From Candidatus Omnitrophota bacterium (lineage in GTDB: Bacteria > Omnitrophota > Gorgyraeia > Tantalellales > Tantalellaceae), in contig JBDRNE010000025.1 in NCBI GenBank assembly GCA_043811395.1, forward strand, positions 7,137 through 71,136: DNA of 64,000 nucleotides, written 5' to 3'. How positions within the stretch are numbered: position 1 is the first letter of the stretch; each line of letters starts with the position of its first letter. Of this stretch, positions 37,830-47,629 are shown piece after piece. The notes beneath the pieces are model-generated. The model saw only the letters and a list, made by a program, of their open reading frames with translations, was not told the DNA's origin and did not search any database. The position numbers and the translations under genes were made by a program.

Positions 37830-38840
37830 ATGCAAAAAAGAATTTTTATTACCGGAATAGCGGGTTTTTTAGGAAGTTATATGGCGTCCGCCATGCTTGC
37901 GGACGGGCATATAGTTTCAGGATGTGATAACTTAATCGGTGGGTATCTGGATAATGTTCCTAGCGGAGCGGATTTTCATCAGGTGGATTGTGGGAACCTT
38001 CACGCGATGAAAGAGTTAACGAAAAACGTGGATGTTATTTATCATTGCGCTTGTACTGCTTATGAGGGCTTGAGCGTGTTTTCTCCGAATTTAGTTTGTC
38101 AGAACACTTTTCAGATAACAGCCGCGCTAATTAGTTCCGCGATCGCGAATGATGTTAAGCGTTTTGTGTTTTGTTCAAGCATGGCAAGATACGGTACCCA
38201 GGAAAGAATACCTTTTACGGAAGACATGACGCCGAAACCCCAGGATCCGTACGGTATATCTAAATACGCCGCTGAGGAGCTCTTAAAAAATATGGCAGAA
38301 GCTCACGGCATGGAATATGTTATTATTGTGCCTCATAACATTATTGGACCGCGCCAGAAATATGATGATCCTTACAGGAATGTTGCTTCAATAATGATAA
38401 ATCTGATGAAGCAGGGTCGTCAGCCTATGATTTATGGCGATGGTGAACAGAAAAGATGTTTTTCTTTTATTGATGACGTTGTTTATTGTTTAACCCGTGT
38501 TGCGTTTCAGGAAAACGTGGTAGGTAAGGTAATAAACATTGGTCCGGATGAGGAATTTGTTTCAATTAATCAGCTTGCGCGGAATATCGCGGAACTGCTT
38601 AAATTTGACCTAAAGCCAAAATATTTACCCGAGAGACCGCAGGAAGTCAAATTGGCCTCCTGTAGCGCGGATAAGGCCCGGAAACTTTTAGGCTATAAAA
38701 CGCAAGTAACATTAAAACAAGGATTGCAATCCATAATTGATTATATTACGGTAAAAGGCGTGAAAGATTTCAAATATCATCTTGATCTTGAAATTGTAAA
38801 TGACAAATGTCCAAAAACATGGAAAGATAGATTGTTTTAA
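37830..38840 (+). CDS. NAD-dependent NDP-sugar epimerase/dehydratase
   Basis: TGIAGFLG, SSMARYG, PYGISK, YGDGEQKRCFS. Confidence 0.9.
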   Translation: MQKRIFITGIAGFLGSYMASAMLADGHIVSGCDNLIGGYLDNVPSGADFHQVDCGNLHAMKELTKNVDVIYHCACTAYEGLSVFSPNLVCQNTFQITAALISSAIANDVKRFVFCSSMARYGTQERIPFTEDMTPKPQDPYGISKYAAEELLKNMAEAHGMEYVIIVPHNIIGPRQKYDDPYRNVASIMINLMKQGRQPMIYGDGEQKRCFSFIDDVVYCLTRVAFQENVVGKVINIGPDEEFVSINQLARNIAELLKFDLKPKYLPERPQEVKLASCSADKARKLLGYKTQVTLKQGLQSIIDYITVKGVKDFKYHLDLEIVNDKCPKTWKDRLF

Positions 38841-38864
38841 GCTTAACGAAGGATGCGCTAAAAA

Positions 38865-39851
38865 ATGAGCGAATTAGTGAGTGTTATAGTAACAAGTTAT
38901 AATCACGCGGAATATCTTGAAAAGCGTTTAGACAGCCTTTTAGTCCAAACGTATAAGAATATTGAAATTATTGTTGTGGATGACGGGTCTACGGACGAGA
39001 GCCGTCGAGTTTTGAAAAAATATGAAAAGTTTTCTAATTTTAAAAGTATTTTTTTAGAAAAAAATAAAGGATACGCTAACGCGAGTAATTTTGGTGTTAA
39101 AGTAAGCCGCGGAAAATATATTATGTTTGCTGAGGCGGATGACTTCAATGATATTGAACAGATAAAGTTGTTGTTAGCCAGTGCCATAAAAACTTCCGTA
39201 GGCGTAGTATATTCTCGTAGCAATATTGTGGATTCGGAAGGAAAAGTAATTGGGGATGATTATAGGTTTCGGGAAGTTGCTTTTCGGAGGCATTGTTCAA
39301 AAGATTGCTTTATTAAAGGCGAGAAAATGCAAAGATTTCTTTTAAATAGTTGTGTTATTCCTAATATGAGCGCTGTATTGATGAAAAAAGAGATTTTTGA
39401 GAAAGTTGGCGGGTTTTCTGAAAAATATAAATTAACCGCGGATTGGGATTTTTGGTGCCGTATGGCAAAAGAAAGTGATTTTTTTTACATTACAAAACCA
39501 TTAAATTATTTCAGGACTCACAACACAACATTAAGAAGCACTGTTCGTTTAAACGTTCAGCTTGGAGAAATGTTCAGCCTTTTAGAAAACGCTTTTTCTA
39601 AAATGAACGCGAATTTTGTCAGAAAACAACTTTTTAAATTTAATATGGGGACTATTTTGGCTCATGTGATTATTTGTAACAGGGTAAAAGACGCGCGTAA
39701 TTTTGTGCAACTCATAAAAAAGGGCATGGAATATGAAAAGTTTATTGGGCTATATTTTGTATTCGGATTAATTAAAAAAATATACGTTTTAGTATACGCG
39801 AAACTTTGCGAAAAGTGTGTGAAGTATGAGTATGGGAATATAATCAGTTAG
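38865..39851 (+). CDS. GT2 glycosyltransferase
   Basis: VSVIVTSYN, VDDGSTD, EADD, DWDFW. Confidence 0.9.
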   Translation: MSELVSVIVTSYNHAEYLEKRLDSLLVQTYKNIEIIVVDDGSTDESRRVLKKYEKFSNFKSIFLEKNKGYANASNFGVKVSRGKYIMFAEADDFNDIEQIKLLLASAIKTSVGVVYSRSNIVDSEGKVIGDDYRFREVAFRRHCSKDCFIKGEKMQRFLLNSCVIPNMSAVLMKKEIFEKVGGFSEKYKLTADWDFWCRMAKESDFFYITKPLNYFRTHNTTLRSTVRLNVQLGEMFSLLENAFSKMNANFVRKQLFKFNMGTILAHVIICNRVKDARNFVQLIKKGMEYEKFIGLYFVFGLIKKIYVLVYAKLCEKCVKYEYGNIIS

Positions 39852-39859
39852 TTTTGGGG

Positions 39860-40651
39860 ATGGAGGGAATCGTGGGCGTTAAAGTAGTGATTCTATGCGG
39901 TGGATTAGGCACAAGATTGAGGGAAGAAACGGAAATTAGACCAAAGCCGATGGTAGAGATTGGTGGAAGACCTATTCTTTGGCATATAATGAAAACATAT
40001 GCTCATTACGGCGTCGATGAATTTATTCTTTGCCTGGGATACAAGGGAGATATTATAAAAGAGTACTTTTATAATTATGAGATGCTTTCCAATGATTTTA
40101 CTATTGAACTTGGGTCTAAAGATATTGTGGTGTATCCTCGCCATTCAGAAAAAGGTTGGAAAGTAACGTTGGTTGATACTGGGCTCTCTACTATGACAGG
40201 CGCTCGTGTTAAATGTATAGAAAAGTTTATTGATTCGGATGTGTTTATGCTTTCTTATGGTGACGGTGTGGCTGATATTAATGTTACCGATTTATTAAAC
40301 TTTCATAAAAAACATGGAAAAATCGGTACGGTAACCGGTGTGTTCCCGCCGTCGCGATATGGAGAGCTTGCTATTCAGGAAGATCATGTTATTTCTTTTT
40401 CTGAAAAACCGGAGAATCGTGAAAATTCAATTAACGGCGGATACTTTGTATTTAACAGGGAGTTTTTTAAATATCTTCGAGGGGATACGGAATGTGTCCT
40501 TGAACGGGAACCTTTACAGACGTTAGCCGCGGAAGGTCAGTTGAAGGTCTATCATCATAAAGGTTTTTGGCAGTGTATGGATACTTACAGAGATTATACA
40601 TTTTTACAAGATTTATGGAAAAAAGGAGAAGTTCCATGGAAAGTTTGGTAG
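39860..40651 (+). CDS. rfbF: Glucose-1-phosphate cytidylyltransferase
   Basis: ILCGGLGTRLREETE.RPKPMVEIG, TMTGARV, GFWQCMDT; start may be GTG 39872. Confidence 0.93.
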   Translation: MEGIVGVKVVILCGGLGTRLREETEIRPKPMVEIGGRPILWHIMKTYAHYGVDEFILCLGYKGDIIKEYFYNYEMLSNDFTIELGSKDIVVYPRHSEKGWKVTLVDTGLSTMTGARVKCIEKFIDSDVFMLSYGDGVADINVTDLLNFHKKHGKIGTVTGVFPPSRYGELAIQEDHVISFSEKPENRENSINGGYFVFNREFFKYLRGDTECVLEREPLQTLAAEGQLKVYHHKGFWQCMDTYRDYTFLQDLWKKGEVPWKVW

Positions 40652-41766
40652 ATTCTCCGGATATTTTTTTCGGAGCATACAGAGAAAAACGTGTTTTAGT
40701 GACAGGGCATACAGGTTTTAAGGGGTCGTGGCTTACGCTTTGGTTATTAGAGCTAGGAGCCCAGGTTGCTGGTTTTTCTCTTTATTTGCCGTCAGATCCG
40801 TGTAATTTTGAAATATTGAATTTAAAAGAAAAAATCTCGCATTACGAGGGAGACATTAGGGATATAAATGCTTTGAAGGATGTTTTTGAAAAGTTTCAAC
40901 CCGAAATTGTTTTTCATCTCGCGGCTCAGCCTATTGTCCGAAAAGCCTATGATGATCCAAAACTTACTTTTGATACAAATCTTGGAGGAACTGTAAATAT
41001 TCTTGAGTGTATAAAAAACTCTAATTCAGTCGAAGCGGCAGTTATGATTACTAGTGATAAATGTTATGACAATGTTTCCTGGGAATGGGGATATCGTGAA
41101 AATGACCGTTTAGGCGGGGATGATTCTTATAGCGCGTCAAAAGCTTGCGCGGAAATTGCCTGTCGCGCGTATATTAGCTCGTTTTTTCGTGGGGACAACG
41201 CTCCAAAAATTGTAACTACCCGAGCAGGAAATGTTATTGGAGGCGGAGATTGGGCTGAGGACAGAATCGTTCCTGATTGTATGAGGGCGTGGAGTAAAGG
41301 TGAGGATACTGTTATAAGGAATTTTCAAGCTACACGTCCCTGGCAGTACATACTGGAACCCTTAAGCGGTTATCTGCATTTAGGGGCTGAAATTAGTAGG
41401 GATGCTCGCGGGATAACCGGGGAAGCGTTTAATTTTGGTCCGGGAAGCGATATTATCAAATCTGTTGGAGAGTTGGTTGATATGTTATCACGGTTTTGGG
41501 ATAAAGTAAGCTGGAAAACAGATCCAAAAGCGCAAGACAAAAAAGAAGCAAAATTGCTTAAATTGAATTGCGATAAGGCTCTTTTTCATCTTGGGTGGCG
41601 CGCAGTTCTTGGTTTTGAAGAGACGTGTAAATTAACGACCGAATGGTATAAGAGTTATTATCAGAACGAAGATTGTTACTCTGTTTCTCGCGACCAGATA
41701 TGTAATTATATCAAAAAAGCCGAGAGGCGAGGCATCCCATGGGCAGTTGGAAAGGGCGCGGTATGA
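40636..41766 (+). CDS. rfbG: CDP-glucose 4,6-dehydratase
   Basis: TGHTGFKGSWL, HLAAQP, TSDKCY, YSASK, RAGNVIGGGDW, RPWQ. Confidence 0.93.
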   Translation: MESLVDSPDIFFGAYREKRVLVTGHTGFKGSWLTLWLLELGAQVAGFSLYLPSDPCNFEILNLKEKISHYEGDIRDINALKDVFEKFQPEIVFHLAAQPIVRKAYDDPKLTFDTNLGGTVNILECIKNSNSVEAAVMITSDKCYDNVSWEWGYRENDRLGGDDSYSASKACAEIACRAYISSFFRGDNAPKIVTTRAGNVIGGGDWAEDRIVPDCMRAWSKGEDTVIRNFQATRPWQYILEPLSGYLHLGAEISRDARGITGEAFNFGPGSDIIKSVGELVDMLSRFWDKVSWKTDPKAQDKKEAKLLKLNCDKALFHLGWRAVLGFEETCKLTTEWYKSYYQNEDCYSVSRDQICNYIKKAERRGIPWAVGKGAV

Positions 41767-42218
41767 TGATAGAGGATGTTTTTATTAGACCGCTTAAAGT
41801 GTTTTCCGACTCGCGCGGCAGTGTTTTGCATATGGTTCGCCGGGATAACGATTTTTTTAACCAATTTGGTGAAATATATTTTTCCCAAATTAACCCTGGA
41901 ATTATAAAAGGATGGAAAAAGCACTTAAAAATGACGCAATATTTTGCCGTTCCTATGGGCAACGTTAAGTGGGTACTTTATGATGAGAGAGAAAACTCTT
42001 CCACATATGGTGAGATCCAGGAAATTTTTATGGGTATAGATAAGTACAGGTTAGTTTGTATTCCCCCTTTAGTGTGGTATTCGTTCATGGCTTTGGAAAA
42101 TAAATCCGCTTTAATTGCCAATTGTACTGATATTCCTCATGATCCGAAAGAGGTTATTGTAACCGATATTTTTGATGAAAAAATACCTTATAAATGGGAA
42201 TTACCTGTCAGGGAATGA
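41763..42218 (+). CDS. RmlC-like cupin NDP-4-keto-6-deoxysugar epimerase
   Basis: DSRG, FGEIYFS, IKGWKKH, YDERENSSTYG, IPPLVW. Confidence 0.85.
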   Translation: MMIEDVFIRPLKVFSDSRGSVLHMVRRDNDFFNQFGEIYFSQINPGIIKGWKKHLKMTQYFAVPMGNVKWVLYDERENSSTYGEIQEIFMGIDKYRLVCIPPLVWYSFMALENKSALIANCTDIPHDPKEVIVTDIFDEKIPYKWELPVRE

Positions 42219-42243
42219 ACGTTCCCGGGAGAAAACAAAAACC

Positions 42244-43191
42244 ATGAGACTTTTAATAACGGGGGGATTGGGGTACATTGGCGGCAGGGTAGCGGCGTAT
42301 TGCAAAAAAGAAAATCCTGAACTTGAAATTATTTTAACTACCAGAAAAAAGCGGAAATATTTTCCAAAATGGACCACTGGTTTTAGAGTATCGCGTTTGG
42401 AACTTTTGGATGAACGTTCGATAACGGAATGTATAGCAGGAAGCGACCCGGATTGCATTATTCATTTAGCGGCGGTTAATGAGATTGATTCAGAGGCTGA
42501 TCCGGATTTGGCGCGAGAAGTAAATTTTCATGGTACAGAAAAACTTTTACGCGCGGCTTCTATTAAAAACGTGAAAAAATTTATTTATTTTTCGACCTTT
42601 CATGTCTATGGCGCGCATAACGGAAGAGTTATTACGGAAGAATCTTCCGTCCATCCGAAACACCCCTATTCTGTTACGCACCTTGCCGCGGAAAAAGCCG
42701 TAAAAACATTTAATGGTAACGGAATGAAGACGCTGATTTTTAGGCTTTCTAATAGTTATGGATATCCAATGGATGAGTTTATAAATCGATGGACGCTTGT
42801 TGTAAATGATTTATGCCGGCAGGCGGTTGTAACCGGAAGAATTGTTTTGAAGTCTTCAGGAAGGCAATACCGGGATTTCATAGCCTTACATGATGTCGCG
42901 AGAGCGGTATATCATTTTGTTGAAACGGATATAGAAACAAATGAATTATATAATCTTGGAGGTGAGTCTTCTATGACGATACGTGAGATGGCGTCAGCGG
43001 TGGCGGAAACATACGAAAAACAGTATGGCAAAAAAATAAAAGACTTTTGTATCGGGAAAGATACTGGCAAAGATCCAAAAGAGGTTATATACAATATAGA
43101 AAAGCTCAAAAACACCGGGTTTATTTTGAAAGGCAATATGGTGAACGAAATCGAGAAAACACTTACTCTATGTGAAAGCTTTGTAAAATGA
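42244..43191 (+). CDS. NAD-dependent epimerase/reductase (extended SDR)
   Basis: ITGGLGYIG, STFHVYG, RLSNSYG, RDFI. Confidence 0.85.
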   Translation: MRLLITGGLGYIGGRVAAYCKKENPELEIILTTRKKRKYFPKWTTGFRVSRLELLDERSITECIAGSDPDCIIHLAAVNEIDSEADPDLAREVNFHGTEKLLRAASIKNVKKFIYFSTFHVYGAHNGRVITEESSVHPKHPYSVTHLAAEKAVKTFNGNGMKTLIFRLSNSYGYPMDEFINRWTLVVNDLCRQAVVTGRIVLKSSGRQYRDFIALHDVARAVYHFVETDIETNELYNLGGESSMTIREMASAVAETYEKQYGKKIKDFCIGKDTGKDPKEVIYNIEKLKNTGFILKGNMVNEIEKTLTLCESFVK

Positions 43192-44012
43192 AAATAACTA
43201 GTTCAAAACCCTTGGTTAGTGTGATAATGCCGACCTATAATCAGGCTCAATTTATCGGAATGGCAATAAATTCTATTTTGCGGCAGACTTATGGGAATTT
43301 TGAAATTATAATTATTGATAACTATTCCAGTGATGATACGGAAAAGAAAGTTTTGCATTACGCTAATAACGACATAAGGATTAGATATAGTAAATTTTCC
43401 AATAATGGGATAATTGCCGCCTCCAGGAATGTAGGCATTAGGATGGCAAAAGGTGATTTAATAGCCTTTCTTGATTCTGATGACGTATGGCTACCTGAAA
43501 AGCTTGAGAAACAAGTCCGGTTTATGGAAGAAAATAAAGACGTTTTTTTGATATATTCAAAATGTTTAATCAGGGAAAACGATAAAATTGTTGGAATAAG
43601 CCCGATGATTCCTAAGAAAGGTTATATCTTTAATGATTTATTTTTGTCCTATAATTTCATCGCGTGTTTAACCGTTATGATGAGGCGCGGTCCGTATCTT
43701 TTTGATGAACATAAGAAATTACGAGCCGCTGAAGATTATGATTTGTGGTTACGGATTTCCCTGAAAGAAAAGATTTCATTTGTTGATGAACCGTTAGCCG
43801 TATATGTGAAGCATGCCGGAAACATTTCGAATGACGAGCTAAAAACTTTGGAGAAATGGAAATTTATTATTGAAAGATATGGATCATCTACGTCCAAAAT
43901 GAAATTGTTGCGTAAATACGTATCATTTTATAAGAAAGCTTTTCGTATCCAAGCTGTGCATGTATTAAAAAACATTAAAAAAGATTACCGAATAAAGGTA
44001 CCCAATATTTAG
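43188..44012 (+). CDS. GT2 glycosyltransferase
   Basis: VSVIMPTYN, AFLDSDD, KLEKQ, EDYDLWLR. Confidence 0.92.
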   Translation: MKITSSKPLVSVIMPTYNQAQFIGMAINSILRQTYGNFEIIIIDNYSSDDTEKKVLHYANNDIRIRYSKFSNNGIIAASRNVGIRMAKGDLIAFLDSDDVWLPEKLEKQVRFMEENKDVFLIYSKCLIRENDKIVGISPMIPKKGYIFNDLFLSYNFIACLTVMMRRGPYLFDEHKKLRAAEDYDLWLRISLKEKISFVDEPLAVYVKHAGNISNDELKTLEKWKFIIERYGSSTSKMKLLRKYVSFYKKAFRIQAVHVLKNIKKDYRIKVPNI

Positions 44013-44016
44013 ACCG

Positions 44017-45480
44017 ATGAAAATACTTTTTATATATTCGTTATATGAGATCATGTCCTTTGAAAAACCACTTAGTACACCAGAAGTGATTCAATTTGGC
44101 ATATCCTACATATCTTCTTTTTTAAAAAAGCATGGGCATAAAACGCGGTTAATGGTTTTAAGCCGGGTTTCCGGTAAGAAAAATCTGGAACTGATAGACC
44201 GCTATCTTGAAGAATTTTCCCCTGATTTAATTTGTTTTTCAGCAGTAAGTAGTGAATACGGTTTTATTCGGGATATAGCCACATATATCAGAAAAAAATT
44301 TCCGGATATTTATCTCGCAATAGGCGGTGTTCACGTTTCTTTGAATCCTGATGATGAAGTTTTAAATACTTTTGATGCTTTATGCATAGGAGAAGGCGAA
44401 TGGCCGGTGCTTGAATTGGTTAACAACTTGCGGGACAAAAAAAAACCTGCCGGGATACAAAACCTTTGGATAAAAAGTGAAAAAGGTATTGAGAAAAATT
44501 CTGTCCGTTCATTTTTAAGAGATCTTGACCAATTGCCGTTTCCTGACAGGGATATGTGGAAAGAATGGATCAGTGAAACGCGCGGCGCGCGGGAATCAAT
44601 ACTTCTCGGGAGGGGATGTCCTTTTGAATGTACTTATTGTTCCAACCACGCGCTTAAAAAAATAGCAGGAGGAACATATACAAGATTCCGTTCTCCGGAC
44701 AATATCTTGAGTGAAATTAAAAGTATCGTTTCTGAAACTGACAAAGGAAAAGAAATATATCTTGAAGTGGAAAGCATTTCCGTAAACAAAGAATGGGTTC
44801 TGGAGCTTTGCGGAAAAATAGAAGAATTTAATAAAGAGCGAATTAGGCCTATTTCTTTCGGTGCGAATGTAAGAATTACTCCGAAAGCGGATCTTGAAGA
44901 TGTTTTTTACGCGTTTAAGAAAAGTAATTTCAGATTCATAAATATAGGCCTTGAATCCGGAAGCGAAAGAGTGCGGCGCGATATACTTAAACGCAATTAT
45001 TCAAATGAGGATGTTATAAACGCGGTGAAGACGGCCAGGAAATACGGTTTTGAGGTGTCTTTTTTGAACCTTGTAGGTATTCCGGGAGAAACCATTGAAG
45101 ATTTTAAGGAAACGATAAAGATTAATAAGATATGTCAGCCGGAACTGACAGGTCTTTCTATTTTTTATCCTTATCCTGGTACAGAGCTTTATTCCGTGTG
45201 TGAGAGAAAAGGATTTTTGAAAGAACCGCTTAATACCGAAATGGAGAGAGGAAGAGCCAGGTTGAATTTACCTGGATTCAGTCGGAAGCAAATCGAGAAG
45301 AATTATATCTGGTTTGATTATAATGTATACCGCGGAAAGAAATCCTTAAGTGTATTATTAAAACGGGTTTTGGCTCGGCAGATAAGGGCAAATCCGGGGC
45401 TTTTTGTTTTGTATAAAAAAATTAAGAAAAGTATATATTCATCCGGGAATTTTTTAAAAAAGGAAAAAACACGGTTTTAA
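44017..45480 (+). CDS. Cobalamin-binding radical SAM protein
   Basis: GISYISS, GGVH, GEGE, GRGCPFECTYC, GLESGSE, PYPGT. Confidence 0.92.
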   Translation: MKILFIYSLYEIMSFEKPLSTPEVIQFGISYISSFLKKHGHKTRLMVLSRVSGKKNLELIDRYLEEFSPDLICFSAVSSEYGFIRDIATYIRKKFPDIYLAIGGVHVSLNPDDEVLNTFDALCIGEGEWPVLELVNNLRDKKKPAGIQNLWIKSEKGIEKNSVRSFLRDLDQLPFPDRDMWKEWISETRGARESILLGRGCPFECTYCSNHALKKIAGGTYTRFRSPDNILSEIKSIVSETDKGKEIYLEVESISVNKEWVLELCGKIEEFNKERIRPISFGANVRITPKADLEDVFYAFKKSNFRFINIGLESGSERVRRDILKRNYSNEDVINAVKTARKYGFEVSFLNLVGIPGETIEDFKETIKINKICQPELTGLSIFYPYPGTELYSVCERKGFLKEPLNTEMERGRARLNLPGFSRKQIEKNYIWFDYNVYRGKKSLSVLLKRVLARQIRANPGLFVLYKKIKKSIYSSGNFLKKEKTRF

Positions 45481-45484
45481 TAAT

Positions 45485-46366
45485 ATGAAGTTTTCATTTA
45501 TTGTTGCAACATATAAAAGAAATCGGGAATTAGAGAATTGTCTCGCGTCGATTGAAAAAGTTTATTTAAGAAAGAAAAAATATGAGGTTGAAGCAGTTGT
45601 AGTTTTTCAGGCGGGAGAACAACCTTTGGAAAATATGGCGCAGAGGTTTTCAGCGTTCGGGAAGTTTCATTGTATTCAAGGCAAAGGACTCGCGAAAGCT
45701 AGAAATTACGCTGTAAAAACAAGTACAGGGGATATTTTTATCTTTTTAGACGATGATGCTGAAATCAAGGAAGATTTTGTGGAGATATTGGCAGAACACG
45801 CCCAAAATAATGAGACAGGAGCTTTTTCGGGCAGAATTCTTGAAAAACAAACCAATAGATGTTTCGCGGAATGTTTTAACGATACTCGGGTGAAACGTCT
45901 CAGATGTAGGGATTTTAAGTATTTTATGGGAAGCGCGCATGTCTTCAGAAAAGAAGTTTTTGTAAAAATCGGATTTTATGATGAAGCTTTTGGTAGCGGT
46001 GCGAAATATGCGGGCGCGGAAGAAACGGATATGTTTTTTAGAGCTCAGAAGAAAGGCGTAAAAATATTGTATATTCCGGAACTGGTTTTTTTTCATCCAA
46101 TAACAGGTGAAACGTCAGCTGACAAAGTATTTAGCTACTCGCACGCGTTTGGAGCTATGTGCGCGAAACAAATGTTTTCCGACTGGAAAAGGTTGCCGGT
46201 ATATATGTGTCTATTGTCCAAAATTTTTTTAAAAAGCCTAATACGGGTTTGTCAGCTGAAAATTTTCCCAAAAAGTATTGAAGAAAAAAACGCGCGGTTT
46301 AAATATGAATCAGTCATGTTTGGCATAACAAAGGGCGTATTGTCCTATATGGGGGAACGGGAATGA
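45485..46366 (+). CDS. GT2 glycosyltransferase
   Basis: GLAKARN, FLDDD, YDEAFGSG, GAEETD. Confidence 0.88.
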   Translation: MKFSFIVATYKRNRELENCLASIEKVYLRKKKYEVEAVVVFQAGEQPLENMAQRFSAFGKFHCIQGKGLAKARNYAVKTSTGDIFIFLDDDAEIKEDFVEILAEHAQNNETGAFSGRILEKQTNRCFAECFNDTRVKRLRCRDFKYFMGSAHVFRKEVFVKIGFYDEAFGSGAKYAGAEETDMFFRAQKKGVKILYIPELVFFHPITGETSADKVFSYSHAFGAMCAKQMFSDWKRLPVYMCLLSKIFLKSLIRVCQLKIFPKSIEEKNARFKYESVMFGITKGVLSYMGERE

Positions 46367-47496
46367 GGATAGGAATTAATGCCAGATATATTCAAGGGAA
46401 ACAAAGCGGTATTGGCATTTTTTTGCGGAATTTAATCTTAAACCTAAAAAAATATGACAGAAAAAATGAGTATGTTTTGTTTTTTGGAGATAAACTTATT
46501 CCTAAAGAAATACAAGAGACCGGATTTGAGTGTGATGTTCCTAAAAAACCGACCGGCAATCAAATCTCAAAGATAATGTGGGCGCATTGTTACCTTCCTT
46601 CGGCGGCTAAAAGAAGAAGGATAGATGTTTTTCATGAAACGTCATTTGTAGCTCCGATATTTGGAAAGATTCCGTGTGTAACAACCGTACATGATACGGC
46701 ATATCTGCGCTTTCCGTATTGTTATACCCGTCGTAACAGGTTATATTTTAAGGCGTTAGTTCCAAAAACTTTAAAAAAGTCAAAACTGATAATAGCACCC
46801 TCAAATTTTACAAAAAGCGATATTATAAACACTTTTAGTGTGAAAGAAGAGAAAATTAGAGTTGTATATCGTTCAGTTAATGAATCATTTAAAGTTTTAG
46901 ACGATAAAGATAGTCTTAAAAAGGTTAAACAGAAGTATGGAATAAAAGGCGACTTTGTATTAAGCGTGTCGGCTATTTCTCCGCGAAAAAACCTTATTAC
47001 GGCAATTAAAGCGTTTAAACTTTTAAAGGATAAAAATGATTTTAACGGGCAGTATGTGATTGTGGGCGGGAAGGGATGGCTTTACGAAGAAGTTTTTAAG
47101 GAAGTTGCGGATTCCGGATTGAGTGAAGATATTGTTTTTTGTGAGTATGTGCCGGAAGATGATTTAGTGTCTCTTTATAACGGTGCGAGTGTTTTTGTAT
47201 ATGTTTCACTTTTTGAAGGTTTTGGGATCCCTCTTGTTGAAGCAATGGCCTGCGGTTTGCCGATAGTGACTTCAAATGTGTCCTCAATGCCGGAAATCGC
47301 CGGCAAGGCCGCAAGGTTGGTTGATCCTAATAAAGTTGAAGAAATAGCTCGCGCTATAAGTGATCTTTCAGATAAAGCGTCTTCATTAAGAAGTACCGCG
47401 GTTGAGCTCGGATTAAAGCAAGCTCGCGAGTTTTCATGGAAAAAAACGACAAAAAATATGATAGCGGTTTACGAGGATGCGGCAGTACGAAGATAA
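46363..47496 (+). CDS. GT4 glycosyltransferase (mannosyltransferase-like)
   Basis: TVHD, SPRKN, EGFGIPLVEAMACG. Confidence 0.92.
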   Translation: MRIGINARYIQGKQSGIGIFLRNLILNLKKYDRKNEYVLFFGDKLIPKEIQETGFECDVPKKPTGNQISKIMWAHCYLPSAAKRRRIDVFHETSFVAPIFGKIPCVTTVHDTAYLRFPYCYTRRNRLYFKALVPKTLKKSKLIIAPSNFTKSDIINTFSVKEEKIRVVYRSVNESFKVLDDKDSLKKVKQKYGIKGDFVLSVSAISPRKNLITAIKAFKLLKDKNDFNGQYVIVGGKGWLYEEVFKEVADSGLSEDIVFCEYVPEDDLVSLYNGASVFVYVSLFEGFGIPLVEAMACGLPIVTSNVSSMPEIAGKAARLVDPNKVEEIARAISDLSDKASSLRSTAVELGLKQAREFSWKKTTKNMIAVYEDAAVRR

Positions 47497-47629
47497 TACC
47501 AAGCTCAAAAAATAATGTTCCAAATTGTCATCTCGTAATTTTGATGAAATCGGGATATTCGGGATCTTAAATGTGTATTTATTTGTGGAATTGGTTTAAT
47601 ATGTTCAAAAAAAGGTTAAGGGTTGGGTT

